From: an uncultured Pseudomonadales bacterium
Lineage (GTDB): Bacteria > Patescibacteriota > Microgenomatia > UBA1400 > PJMF01
Assembly: GCA_964455555.1 (NCBI GenBank)
Contig: CAYVXV010000002.1
Location: 67,677-131,676, forward strand
DNA: 64,000 nucleotides
Direction of reading: 5' to 3'
This document shows, in pieces, positions 18,058 through 29,832 of the stretch; within the stretch, counting starts at the first letter, position 1, and every line of letters begins with the position of its first letter. The translations under genes and the position numbers were made by a program. The notes under the pieces were generated by a model. That model was not told the origin of the DNA, did not search any database, and saw only the letters and a list, made by a program, of their open reading frames with translations.

Positions 18058-19590
18058 CTACTTACTTTCTTCAAACTGGGAAAAAAGCCTAAACTCGTAT
18101 GCCATAAACCGGGGCAGCTCCTGGCACAGCAAATTTAAACCGGCATCGTCGTAAATGCTTTTAAGCAAATCGGTGTTCACAGCTTGATTCTGCCGGACTG
18201 CAGAGGAAGACTGATCCAAATATCTTTCCAGCACTTTAACTCCGAATGGTGTCAGTAATTCATTTGGTGCTCCGCGGTTAATTAAAGCAGCCACCAATAT
18301 TTCTGCATCAAAGCTTACTTTAGACTTCTCAACCTTGTGCAGGAGCTCAGAAACCGGTGTAGAATAGTAAAAATAGTGTTCAAGCCCAGGCGAGGAGCTC
18401 CTAAAAGGCTTTAAAAACAGCTTTTCAATCTCATCCGCGGTGAATGAATCATAGCCTAAGGTGCTGATTATGAATTGATCAACCGATTCGGCTGTTTCAG
18501 CATCCTGATGCATTGAATCAACTAATTTGTACGCAACTTTCTTTAGCATTGACTCCGTTTGCCCGCTTCGCTTACGGTTTCTAAAGTGCGGTTCAGCTTT
18601 TTCCAATGCAGCGCGAAGCGAAGAAGGATCTGCGCGCAGAGCTTGTTCCAGAGCGTTCAAAATTGCTTTAAAGCCATTTGGCTTTTCGCCATTTTTAATT
18701 GATGCAGCTTCTGCCTTTACCTCGGTTTCATCTTTTCCTGCCAAGTCCAAGTGTTGCACCCATTCTCGCTTACCATGCTGCTCTAACAACTTTGCAAATC
18801 GCTTCGAAGAACCAAACTCTTTGTTGGACATAATTACCAAGTATGGTAATAGATCATCTTCAGACAACAGTTCAAGCAATTCCAGCCAAACCGGCCTGCC
18901 GGTGGAGAACTTTTCTTTCAGCAAACCATTTTTGCCCGCGTAGCGGCGGATAACCTGAACAACCATCGGGCTTGGATGTGCCGTACTCTGCAGCCTGCGC
19001 AGGATAGCCTTTATCTCTTTTGCTTGAACATTTGAAAGAATTTCTTCAGCTTGGCGCCCAAACTGAGCAGTAAAAGTACCTGTTCTGCCGTTGGTGCCGG
19101 GGAGTAAATGCCTTATCTGCAAATAAAACAACATCAGTTCATTGGAAATAACCTCCTGATGAGTGCCCTCCTGCAGGGCATAGCTCCAATGCTTAGCGCA
19201 GAGATCATATAGAGGTTTAAAGTCTTCCTGCTGAACACCGGCTATTTCCTCAGCATCCTGGCCATAACCTAGATAAGCCAATTGAAGCTCAGCCACAAAT
19301 TCTAGCACAGTGCGCGATACTCTTGAATCACCTTGCGGCAGCTTGCTTAACGCCTCTATTGCATATAACAGCCAGAGATCGCGGTTTTTTGAAACAAAGC
19401 CATCCGGCAGTTTTAAAGCTGCGGATATTTCCAAAGCATACTCTGCTGCCAACTGCTCAGGGGCATTGGCTAAAAATGGAATGAGTTGCTCTGGATCAGC
19501 CAATACTTCAAGGCTAATAGACTGCTCTCTGCTGCGGGTGAATAGCTGGCGGTTTATTGCTCTTATATCAGTCTCTTTATGCTTGCTCAT
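18058..19590 (-). CDS. Hypothetical cytoplasmic alpha-helical protein (510 aa), no recognisable domain
   Basis: Long ORF on the opposite strand to its neighbours. Has an AAGGA Shine-Dalgarno 3-4 nt before the ATG. No TM helices, acidic. Confidence 0.6.
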   Translation of the reverse strand: MSKHKETDIRAINRQLFTRSREQSISLEVLADPEQLIPFLANAPEQLAAEYALEISAALKLPDGFVSKNRDLWLLYAIEALSKLPQGDSRVSRTVLEFVAELQLAYLGYGQDAEEIAGVQQEDFKPLYDLCAKHWSYALQEGTHQEVISNELMLFYLQIRHLLPGTNGRTGTFTAQFGRQAEEILSNVQAKEIKAILRRLQSTAHPSPMVVQVIRRYAGKNGLLKEKFSTGRPVWLELLELLSEDDLLPYLVIMSNKEFGSSKRFAKLLEQHGKREWVQHLDLAGKDETEVKAEAASIKNGEKPNGFKAILNALEQALRADPSSLRAALEKAEPHFRNRKRSGQTESMLKKVAYKLVDSMHQDAETAESVDQFIISTLGYDSFTADEIEKLFLKPFRSSSPGLEHYFYYSTPVSELLHKVEKSKVSFDAEILVAALINRGAPNELLTPFGVKVLERYLDQSSSAVRQNQAVNTDLLKSIYDDAGLNLLCQELPRFMAYEFRLFSQFEESK

Positions 19591-19649
19591 TTATCCTTTT
19601 GTTTTAGGTTGTATGAATTCTATCACTCCTTGCCAGAAGTACCAAATCG

Positions 19650-19655
19650 TATAAT
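19650..19655 (+). promoter_or_regulatory. TATAAT -10 hexamer upstream of GT2 gene 19683, flanked by the inverted repeat TCTATCA (19619-19625) / TGATAGA (19660-19666)
   Basis: Perfect consensus hexamer 27 nt before the ATG. The 7-bp inverted-repeat arms bracket it. Confidence 0.3.
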
Positions 19656-19682
19656 AATCTGATAGACCCTGCCTCATCAATA

Positions 19683-20360
19683 ATGCCAAAAAAACTTGCG
19701 CCAACTACCTGGATAATTGTCCCTAGCCTCAATGAAGCCAAGGATCTTCCAACTGTACTCAAAGCTATTAAGAAATATACTAAAAACTTTATTGTCATCG
19801 ATGACGGCTCCTCTGATCAGTCAGCCGCAGTTGCCCGCCGCTATACCCCATATGTTTTCCGCCATGAAATTAACCTCGGCAAGGGAGCAGCATTAATGAC
19901 CGGCTGCCAGTATGCCTTTAATGATAAAAAAGCCCAAGCTGTTATTTTTATAGACAGTGACAATCAGCATAATCCGGATCATCTGGCTAGTTTTCAAAAG
20001 GAGCTTGGCGATGGCCATGATATTGTTTTCGGTGTCCGGGATTTTACCAAGGACATGCCTCTCATTAAGATTATGGCCAACCGCTTTTCCTCTTGGATGA
20101 TTTATGTGCTCTTTGGCAGTTATATTCCGGATATTCCCAGCGGCTACAAGGCTCTTTCTCGGAAAGGCTTTCAAAAGATAGCCTGGTCCAGCAGCGATTA
20201 TGCAGTTGAATTGGAAATTGCCGCCAGAGTGGCTAAGTACAAGCTTAATTTTGCCACCATTCCGATAGATACCATCTATCTTGATTATGAGCGGGGCATG
20301 ACAGTGCTTCATGTGATAAAAATGATTAGTAAGGTAATAAGCTGGAGGGTAAGCCTATGA
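19683..20360 (+). CDS. GT2 polyprenyl-phosphate glycosyltransferase (DPM1/GtrB-like)
   Basis: ...TWIIVPSLNEAKDL...FIVIDDGSSDQS...IFIDSDNQHNP... matches GT2 DPM1-like motifs. Confidence 0.75.
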   Translation: MPKKLAPTTWIIVPSLNEAKDLPTVLKAIKKYTKNFIVIDDGSSDQSAAVARRYTPYVFRHEINLGKGAALMTGCQYAFNDKKAQAVIFIDSDNQHNPDHLASFQKELGDGHDIVFGVRDFTKDMPLIKIMANRFSSWMIYVLFGSYIPDIPSGYKALSRKGFQKIAWSSSDYAVELEIAARVAKYKLNFATIPIDTIYLDYERGMTVLHVIKMISKVISWRVSL

Positions 20361-20698
20361 GTATTTTCCAAGTAATAGCAGTGCTGTTTGCACTCTTTAT
20401 GCTTTATGTGATTAAGCTGCACCGAAACCGCAGAAGCATTGCCCAAACAGAAGCGTTTTTGTGGTTCTCTCTCTGGCTGTTGTTTATTGTCATCGCAATT
20501 TTTCCAGATTTGTTACTTGGCATCGCCCATGCCCTAACTTTCCAAAGAGTTTTCGACCTTTTAGTGGTCGCTGCTTTTATGATCTTGAGCGTGATGGTTT
20601 TTCTTGGCTACTTTAGGCAAAAGCGGCTGGAAGAAAGGCTGGAGCGTTATGTTAGAAAATCCGCTCTGGACAAAGGCAAAAAACAGCTAGTAAAGTAG
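20357..20698 (+). CDS. Small 3-TM membrane protein (DUF2304/GtrA-like partner of DPM1-type GT2)
   Basis: ATGA start/stop overlap with the GT2 gene at 19683. Three hydrophobic helices and a basic C-terminus. This is the typical genomic pairing. Confidence 0.45.
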   Translation: MSIFQVIAVLFALFMLYVIKLHRNRRSIAQTEAFLWFSLWLLFIVIAIFPDLLLGIAHALTFQRVFDLLVVAAFMILSVMVFLGYFRQKRLEERLERYVRKSALDKGKKQLVK

Positions 20699-20710
20699 TG
20701 AGATAAAGCC

Positions 20711-22472
<1,762 letters not shown>

Positions 22473-22473
<1 letters not shown>

Positions 22474-23615
22474 TGAATATTTTACAAGTATCTTCCTTTC
22501 TATATCCTGCACTTGCTTACGGCGGCACTGCTAAAGTGGTGTATGACCTGTCTCAAGAGCTCTCCAAAAATCATCAGGTAACAGTATATACCACTGATTC
22601 TTTTAATAATTCTCGAAGGCTCACTGAACAGGAAAAACTGCAGAGTAGTGAGTCTTTCACCATTAGGTATTTTAAAAACATCTTAAACTCATGGGCATAT
22701 AACCTGCGTTTTGTCACTGCCTTTGGTATGGTTTGGTATTTTTTATGGAATCACAAATCTTATGATGTGGTGCATATTCACGACATCTACCTCTTCCCAC
22801 AGCTAATGATTGCCTACCTGTGCCTGCTTTTTAATAAACCGCTCATTTATTCCCCACACGGAGTGCTTGACCCTATTCGCTCAGAGAAAAGAGGGTTGAT
22901 TAAAAGGTTGCTATGGCCCAGTGCAAAATATGTATTAGCTCACTCACAAGAAGTCGTCGCCACTTCCAAGAAAGAAAAAGCTGATTTAGAGCAGTTGGGA
23001 CTCAATAATGTGGTGGTAGTACCTAATGGTGTTGCTTTTGAGGCTGTAGAGGCATCTAACAAGTACAGCGCATTTGAAAACACCAAAAAGCTGGTACTCT
23101 TATATATTGGCAAACTCCATCCGCAGAAAGGGCTTGTAGATTTGGTAGAATCGCTTACAGATTTTCAGGATGAGTATCTACTATTATTAGCTGGGCCCGA
23201 TGATGGAGCTAAAGCACAGGTAGAAGCCATTATTAAAAGCAACCACTTGAGTAACGTGGAGTTTTTGGGTTTTGTTGACTCGGCTGAAAAAGAAGAACTT
23301 TTTAAACTGGCAGATGCTTTTGTCTACCCCTCACATACAGAGGGGTTCTCGATTAGTATTTTAGAAGCACTTTCGCATGGATTGCCAGCAGTTGTTACTA
23401 AAGCATGCAATTTTCCTGAAGTCGAGCAAAAGAGAGCTGGGTTTGTATTAAATAATCAAGACCTCACTGGAGAACTAGTAAATACTTGGAAAAAACTGAA
23501 AAATAAAAAAGGGCAATTAACCGTAATGAAACAAAATGCCAAAGAACTCATTAATAGAGCATACTCAATTGAGAAAATGGCGGGTAGAATGACAGATATC
23601 TATGAAGCTGCGTAA
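22473..23615 (+). CDS. GT4 family glycosyltransferase
   Basis: ...FVYPSHTEGFSISILEALSHGLPAVVT... (EX7E). Start MNILQVSS at 22473 with a TAATG overlap on the fcl stop. Confidence 0.8.
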
Positions 23616-24600
23616 GCCAATACTTGGTATTGTCCCATATGTTTTAATTGTCTTATTAGTACTTGGTGCTGAGTTTATTCAAGTTCCATATTTTCCACTG
23701 ATATCTGTAGTACTATTTTGGCTGAGCATTGTTTACCTACCATTTCCAAAAAAAATAGCAGCTAGAATTCAACAAACCCCACTTGTATACTTACTTCCCA
23801 TCTATTCTTTTATAGTTTACCTAATCATTCGGGTAATTAATCCTTACAATCTCTATCGATTTCAAGTCATCAAAGATTTTTGTCAAATAAATTCTCAAGC
23901 CTGCGGCAATGCTTCAGAGTGGTTTTATACCCTCAAGATCTACCGGCTAGTTACTCTTTCTCCACAGGTGTTTTTCTATCTCGGTGGAGTAATGCTGCTC
24001 ATTTATTATCATGCTGAAATTCGGCAGTGGGTGAAGAAAACCGCAAGCGGACAGGACATCATTTCACAGTTTTTCTTTTTATTGCTTTTTATCCTAATTA
24101 TAAATCATGGAGCTGGTGCCTTTAATACCATAGTAAATGGATTTGTTAAAACTACCTATGCCATAGATACTCAGCGCAATGAGCGTTTTGAGGAACACTT
24201 TGGCGGCAGGCAATCTATTGGCTTTATTTATTCTTTTGCCGAATTCATAAATAAATATGTGCATGAAAATGAAATTTTGTTTATTCCCCCGCAATCGGGC
24301 TCATTTGTAATTGAGGGTAACGCACAATACATTCGTTACTTTATTTATCCTAGAAAAACAACTTCTGCAGAAATAATTGAGGGTACTGAAATACCTGAAG
24401 ATGCGGATTGGATACTCATTACTTATGGTCTTGACTGGCATCAAGAGCATGTTTGGCCACGATTTACAATTCCGTCAGAAGACATTGAAAGAATTTATTT
24501 ACTTGATAGACCCACAGGAGAAGTTACTGAACTGGAAAACACGGAATACACCCCATCATATGAAACTGAACAGTATGGTTTAATTAAACTTAAAGAATAA
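23602..24600 (+). CDS. Hypothetical membrane protein (N-terminal TM helices, C-terminal soluble part)
   Basis: 332-aa ORF, AT-rich, no recognisable motif. Confidence 0.45.
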   Translation: MKLRKPILGIVPYVLIVLLVLGAEFIQVPYFPLISVVLFWLSIVYLPFPKKIAARIQQTPLVYLLPIYSFIVYLIIRVINPYNLYRFQVIKDFCQINSQACGNASEWFYTLKIYRLVTLSPQVFFYLGGVMLLIYYHAEIRQWVKKTASGQDIISQFFFLLLFILIINHGAGAFNTIVNGFVKTTYAIDTQRNERFEEHFGGRQSIGFIYSFAEFINKYVHENEILFIPPQSGSFVIEGNAQYIRYFIYPRKTTSAEIIEGTEIPEDADWILITYGLDWHQEHVWPRFTIPSEDIERIYLLDRPTGEVTELENTEYTPSYETEQYGLIKLKE

Positions 24601-24601
24601 T

Positions 24602-25948
24602 ATGACTCATATTTTATTTGCGATTATCATTGTAGTAATATCAATAGTAGGCGTATTATTTTCATTGCTTTTTACAGGAAAGAAGCTCAATATCGAATCT
24701 ATTGGTCTTTCCATGCTTCTAGGTCCACTAGCTGTTACATATACTCACTTTCTGGCATATCAATACTTAGATGTTCCATTCAACCTTAGAACTTTATTCG
24801 TCGTAATTGCCGGCTTAGTGCTTATTGGTATCCTGCTGTTATTCTTGCATGGCCAAAAACTCAGATTAGATATAAGACAGAGCACAGTCCGCTCTTTTTC
24901 TAAGCCGGCCAAGCTTCTCATTGGCGTAATTTCGCTTGTTATTGGCTTCGTATGGTTACAAAATTTGGTATGGCCAATTTTTGAATGGGACGCATTAACG
25001 CTCTATGATTTTAGAGGCAGAATCTTAGCCACCGAGGGTATGTTTACTCAGGACATACTTACAAAATACTTTTTTGGTTATCCACCGTTTACCTCATTGC
25101 TACATAGTTATGGATACATGGCAGGCGTAGTCTATATAAAAATCTGGTATGCATATTTATATACTGGCTTAATCCTCACCTTTTACGCTTGGTTGCGAAA
25201 AGACACCACGCGAATGCTGGCGTTGTTTGGGGCCTTGCTACTAGCAATTTCCCCCCATATCTTAAGCCATGGTCTCATCGCCTACACCAATTTACCCTAT
25301 GCACTCTATTTTTCATTGGGAAGTCTTTATATTTTAGACTGGCTGAAATCGGATAGTAGGGCAGCGTTACTGGTTGGGAGCATTATGGTTGCCGGGAGTA
25401 GCTGGGTACGCTTAACAGAACCATTTTGGGTAATAGCCATTTTACTTATAATTGCAGGGGTAGCATGGAAGAAAAAAGAAATTATAACTGGAGTATTTGC
25501 AGTGTTCTTGATTATTTTTGCACGTCAACCGTGGCTGCAGTTTCGAGCAGCTATTCATGACCTCAACACCAGCACTGCATTGAATCAGGTAGTGAATAAT
25601 GTTAATAAAGGCAGCGATAGCTATTTACAGTATTTATATAGCGTTCCAGAAGTAATTCCCTTTGTAGCTGAAGCGTTAGAGAAAGTAGTTGCTACATTTA
25701 TTCTTCTACTGCTACTAAGTTTGATGATAGTTGTTAAGAACCGAGACTACAATTTATTGCGATATCATATTGTCTGGCTAGCTGCTGTAGGGATAATTCT
25801 CTACGGAACCTTTGCACTCAGTGTTTCAACAGACTATTGGAACAAAATACCTGGCTCACTCACGAGAATGAGTATATTTTTGGTGATTTTCTTTGTTGCC
25901 ATTATTATAAAAACAACGCAACTAAGTCTAAATGAGTCTACAAAATGA
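24602..25948 (+). CDS. Polytopic membrane protein; candidate O-unit polymerase (Wzy-like) or other GT-C-like enzyme
   Basis: About 12 TM helices over 448 aa. Sits in a wzx/GT-containing polysaccharide cluster. No conserved catalytic motif identifiable by eye. Confidence 0.35.
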   Translation: MTHILFAIIIVVISIVGVLFSLLFTGKKLNIESIGLSMLLGPLAVTYTHFLAYQYLDVPFNLRTLFVVIAGLVLIGILLLFLHGQKLRLDIRQSTVRSFSKPAKLLIGVISLVIGFVWLQNLVWPIFEWDALTLYDFRGRILATEGMFTQDILTKYFFGYPPFTSLLHSYGYMAGVVYIKIWYAYLYTGLILTFYAWLRKDTTRMLALFGALLLAISPHILSHGLIAYTNLPYALYFSLGSLYILDWLKSDSRAALLVGSIMVAGSSWVRLTEPFWVIAILLIIAGVAWKKKEIITGVFAVFLIIFARQPWLQFRAAIHDLNTSTALNQVVNNVNKGSDSYLQYLYSVPEVIPFVAEALEKVVATFILLLLLSLMIVVKNRDYNLLRYHIVWLAAVGIILYGTFALSVSTDYWNKIPGSLTRMSIFLVIFFVAIIIKTTQLSLNESTK

Positions 25949-26958
25949 AAACTATAATCCTACACAATATCATCTCTAATAATTCGGTATATAAACTATC
26001 AAGCTATATTAAAAGACATAAAGAAGAGTTGGGAAATGTTGAGGTATGGTTTTGTGCTGAGACTGAGGACAATAGACAATGGACGCTGCAAGAAGAGATA
26101 GATTTTGAGTACACTGTACTTAGTGGTAATGAAATAAAGTTACGAGGAAAAGACCTTTTTACCTATTTTATAAACTGGAACATCTGGAAAAAACTTACTG
26201 CAGCTAATCCGGATAGATTAATCATCAACGGCTGGGACCAGTTTGCCTACCAACTCTCATTTTTTTGGGGCTGGCTCTATAAAAAGAAGCTCACACTGTG
26301 GAGTGGCAGCACTAAATACGAAAAAAGTTGGAGGAGAACACTCACAAAGCCATTGGTGAGGTGGTTTGTGTGGACTAGTGACAATTATATTGCCTATGGC
26401 ACTAGAGCAAAGGAATATTTAGTTTCCCTCGGTGCTCAAAGAGATAAAATTGAGATCTTTCTGAATGATGTCAATAAAGAGTACTTTACAACCCAGGCAA
26501 AGAAATTACGATTCCAAAAGGAAGTATTAGTATTAAAGGAAAAATATGGACTTACACAACAATTTAACTTGCTTTTTGTTGGGCAGTTTATTGAACGTAA
26601 AGGGATTCTAGATCTTTTGCAAACATATTGTAACTTAAAAGAGAGTGGCACGATTGATAAGTGGGGGTTAGTTTTAGTTGGGTCTGGACTGCTTGAAGAG
26701 AAAATGGGAGCTATAATTAAAGCAAGAAAAATTAAAGATGTGGTATTTCTTGGGCATGTGGATCAGTACGACTTGCCTGAGGTGTACGCAATATGCGATA
26801 TCTTGGTGTTGCCCTCCCGTGAAGAAGTGTGGGGGCTTGTGGTGAACGAGGCATTGTATTCTGGATTGACAGTTGTTGTCTCAAACGCGTGCGGATGTGT
26901 GCCAGATATTGTACAAGAACATAAAAAGGGTTACACTTTTAAAATAGAAAACGAGTAA
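25945..26958 (+). CDS. GT4-like (GT-B) glycosyltransferase
   Basis: ...VLPSREEVWGLVVNEALYSGLTVVVSNACG... is an EX7E-type C-terminal motif. Confidence 0.7.
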   Translation: MKTIILHNIISNNSVYKLSSYIKRHKEELGNVEVWFCAETEDNRQWTLQEEIDFEYTVLSGNEIKLRGKDLFTYFINWNIWKKLTAANPDRLIINGWDQFAYQLSFFWGWLYKKKLTLWSGSTKYEKSWRRTLTKPLVRWFVWTSDNYIAYGTRAKEYLVSLGAQRDKIEIFLNDVNKEYFTTQAKKLRFQKEVLVLKEKYGLTQQFNLLFVGQFIERKGILDLLQTYCNLKESGTIDKWGLVLVGSGLLEEKMGAIIKARKIKDVVFLGHVDQYDLPEVYAICDILVLPSREEVWGLVVNEALYSGLTVVVSNACGCVPDIVQEHKKGYTFKIENE

Positions 26959-26960
26959 GT

Positions 26961-28235
26961 ATGAAAAAGATTAGTGTTATAGGTTTGGGGTATGTTGGCC
27001 TTCCCACCCTAGTAGCAATTGCAAAATCTGAAAAATTTGAGGCTGTAGGTCTTGATGTAGATAAGAATAAGATTAAACAAATTAATGATGGCAATTGTCC
27101 AATTGACGATGATATTGTTGCTGAATATCTTAAATTTCATTCATTACATGTAAGCACAGACCCTAAAATTATAAAAGATAGTGATGTATTTATTATTTGT
27201 GTACCTACTCCAATATATGACGATTATTTACCAAACTATGAGTATGTTTTAGCTGCATCAAGTACGGTTGCAAAATATATAACAAAAGGCAGTCACGTAG
27301 TGCTTGAATCTACGGTCAACCCAGGTACTTCTGAAGAGCTAGTAGTGCCCCTACTCAATAAAGAAGCCAGGCTTACGGCAGGAAAAGATTTTAATGTTAC
27401 CCACTGCCCTGAAAGAATAAATCCAGGGGATAATAAGTGGACTATTTACAATATAAATCGTAATATTGGCTCAATTGATCAAAAACTTAATCATGAAATT
27501 GCTGAAATATACAGGCAGTTTTTACCCGAAATTGAGGTAAATGAAGTAAGTGAACTAAAAATTGCTGAGTCTACAAAAATACTTGAAAACACCTATCGTG
27601 ATGTTAATATTGCCCTCGTAAATGAAATTGCAAAATCATTTGATGTACTAGGCATTGACCTGAAAGAAACCATAGATGCATCGGCTAATAAACCATTTGG
27701 CTACATGCCGCATTGGCCAGGATGTGGTGTTGGTGGACACTGCATTGCAGTAGATCCTTATTTCCTTATAGATAGAGCAGCCAGAAGCGGGTTTAACCAT
27801 GAATTTCTAAAGCTGGCACGTGATATTAATAACAGTATGCCTGAATATACTGTTCGAAAACTGATTCTAACCCTAAACAAGTTGGGCATGCCAGTTAGGG
27901 GTACTAAAGTCGGACTCCTTGGCTTAACTTATAAACCAGACGTAGCAGATACAAGAGAAAGCCCGGCATTTCAAATTCTCTGGCGATTAGAAAAGCTTTA
28001 TGCTGATGTAACTACCTATGATCCATACGTAAAATCTGATACTGATAATTTAGAAGAAATTGTTAGCTCATCAACTGCCCTAGTTATTGCAACAAATCAT
28101 GATGTGATAGAAGCTAATCTTCTGAAACTGCTTAAAGATTCTAAGGTAAAGATCGTAATTGATGGACGAAACTGTCTAGACAAAAATTTAGTTAAAGAGC
28201 TAGGTATAGAATACAAGGGAATAGGAAGACAGTAA
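26961..28235 (+). CDS. wbpA: UDP-N-acetyl-D-glucosamine (or mannosamine) 6-dehydrogenase, WbpA/WecC family
   Basis: MKKISVIGLGYVGLP gives the N-terminal NAD fold and ...GCGVGGHCIAVDPYF... the catalytic Cys. Followed directly by WbpB/D/E homologues. Confidence 0.7.
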   Translation: MKKISVIGLGYVGLPTLVAIAKSEKFEAVGLDVDKNKIKQINDGNCPIDDDIVAEYLKFHSLHVSTDPKIIKDSDVFIICVPTPIYDDYLPNYEYVLAASSTVAKYITKGSHVVLESTVNPGTSEELVVPLLNKEARLTAGKDFNVTHCPERINPGDNKWTIYNINRNIGSIDQKLNHEIAEIYRQFLPEIEVNEVSELKIAESTKILENTYRDVNIALVNEIAKSFDVLGIDLKETIDASANKPFGYMPHWPGCGVGGHCIAVDPYFLIDRAARSGFNHEFLKLARDINNSMPEYTVRKLILTLNKLGMPVRGTKVGLLGLTYKPDVADTRESPAFQILWRLEKLYADVTTYDPYVKSDTDNLEEIVSSSTALVIATNHDVIEANLLKLLKDSKVKIVIDGRNCLDKNLVKELGIEYKGIGRQ

Positions 28236-29266
28236 TGAAAAAGATAAGTGTGGGTGTTATTGGTCTTGGAAGAATTTCACCTCGGCATATTGCAGATTCT
28301 ATCGATAAAATTGAGGCATTAGAACTTGCGGCCGTATGTGACATCGACGAGAGTACTTTTGAGCCATATCAAAACAGAGATATAGCATTTTACACTGGTT
28401 ACAATGACCTCATTAACGATAATAATGTGGACGTGGTTGCTATCGCCACCCCCAATGGATACCACTTTGAAATGGCTAAAGCAGTGGCTAAGGCTGGAAA
28501 GCACTGTGTATTGGAAAAACCTATAACCCAAGATCAAGAGACCGCACAACAACTCGTTGAGATTTTTGGAAATAGTGATGGCATTTTGTTTCCAGTTCTC
28601 CAAGTTCGCTTTAATCCAGTAATACAAAAAATTAAAGAGGTAATAAAAAATAATAACTTAGGTAAATTATTTTCTGCAACTTTAACTATCAGGTGGACCA
28701 GACCTCAGGAATATTTTGATGAGAGCGATTGGAAGGGAACAAAGGATATGGATGGTGGTTCATTGCTTACCCAAGCCATCCATTACATTGATGCTACGCA
28801 ATATATATTGGGTCCTGTAGATTCAGCCTTTGGAACAGTAGAAACAGCAGTAAGAGATATTGAAACTGAAGATACAGTTAAAGCACTTTTGTCTTTTAAA
28901 AATGGTTTTAACGGTCTCCTAGAATTTACAGTAGCAACATATCCACATAATTTAGAGTCTTCACTCATGATAATGGGAGAGACCGGAACTGTTAAAATTG
29001 GTGGTAAAGCTATGAATGAGCTCGAAGAGTGGCTGGTGGAAAATATGCCGCGGCCAAGTATTGAAAAGGGCTTAGATCCTAACGTATACGCCGGCGGCAA
29101 GTATACCGGCTCCTGTCCCAATCATTATAGAATTTACGAAAATGTGGTTGAGGTGCTTCAACATGAGAAAAAACCATATATTTCTGGACAAGATGCTGTA
29201 CATGCCATCGAAATTATTCGTGCCATTAAGTCCTCATCCAGCTCAGGAAAGGTTGAGAAAATATGA
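28235..29266 (+). CDS. wbpB: Gfo/Idh/MocA oxidoreductase, WbpB-like UDP-GlcNAcA 3-dehydrogenase
   Basis: MKKISVGVIGLGRISPRH...VLEKPI... is the Gfo/Idh/MocA N-terminal signature; position between the wbpA-like and wbpD-like genes. Confidence 0.65.
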   Translation: MKKISVGVIGLGRISPRHIADSIDKIEALELAAVCDIDESTFEPYQNRDIAFYTGYNDLINDNNVDVVAIATPNGYHFEMAKAVAKAGKHCVLEKPITQDQETAQQLVEIFGNSDGILFPVLQVRFNPVIQKIKEVIKNNNLGKLFSATLTIRWTRPQEYFDESDWKGTKDMDGGSLLTQAIHYIDATQYILGPVDSAFGTVETAVRDIETEDTVKALLSFKNGFNGLLEFTVATYPHNLESSLMIMGETGTVKIGGKAMNELEEWLVENMPRPSIEKGLDPNVYAGGKYTGSCPNHYRIYENVVEVLQHEKKPYISGQDAVHAIEIIRAIKSSSSSGKVEKI

Positions 29267-29832
29267 TGGAGGACTACTTTGCACACCAGTCTGCATTCAT
29301 TGATGAAGGAGCGAATGTTGGTAAAGGAGCACGGATTTGGCATAACACGCATGTAACAGAAACTGCCATAATTGGGGAGAAATCCAATGTTGGGCAGAAT
29401 TGCTTCGTGGCAGGAAAAGTTGGTAATAACTGCAAGCTGCAAAATAATGTTAACGTGTACCAAGGTGTCAAATTGGGCAATTATGTATTTTGCGGCCCAT
29501 CTATGACCTTTACCAATGATAAGTCTCCAAGAGCTCAATTTCCAAAAAATGGAGAGTATTTAGCAACAACAGTAGGTAATAATGTTACTTTTGGTGCTGG
29601 CTCTGTAATTCTTTCTAACATTTCCATAGGAGACTGGGCATTTATTGGTGCAGGCGCAGTTGTCACTAAAGATGTGCTAGATTACGCTTTAATAGTTGGC
29701 AATCCTGGAAAACAAATTGGCTGGGCATGTGAGTGTGGCTTATCTCTAGGGAATATGCATGATTCGGTTGTATGCAACAATTGCGGGAAAACATATCAAC
29801 TCAATGATAAGAAGGAACTTAAAAGAGTATGA
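29263..29832 (+). CDS. wbpD: Left-handed beta-helix (hexapeptide) N-acetyltransferase, WbpD-like
   Basis: Hexapeptide repeats (...IGEKSNVGQNCFVAGKVGNNCKLQNNVNV...); 189 aa, matching WbpD length; ATGA overlap with its neighbours. Confidence 0.65.
   Translation: MMEDYFAHQSAFIDEGANVGKGARIWHNTHVTETAIIGEKSNVGQNCFVAGKVGNNCKLQNNVNVYQGVKLGNYVFCGPSMTFTNDKSPRAQFPKNGEYLATTVGNNVTFGAGSVILSNISIGDWAFIGAGAVVTKDVLDYALIVGNPGKQIGWACECGLSLGNMHDSVVCNNCGKTYQLNDKKELKRV

Noticed and set aside
18527-18943. 138-aa plus-strand ORF inside the 510-aa hypothetical gene
   Set aside because: It is nested antisense within a much longer uninterrupted ORF, and its composition is Ser/Cys/Ala/Arg-rich and low-complexity. No independent support.
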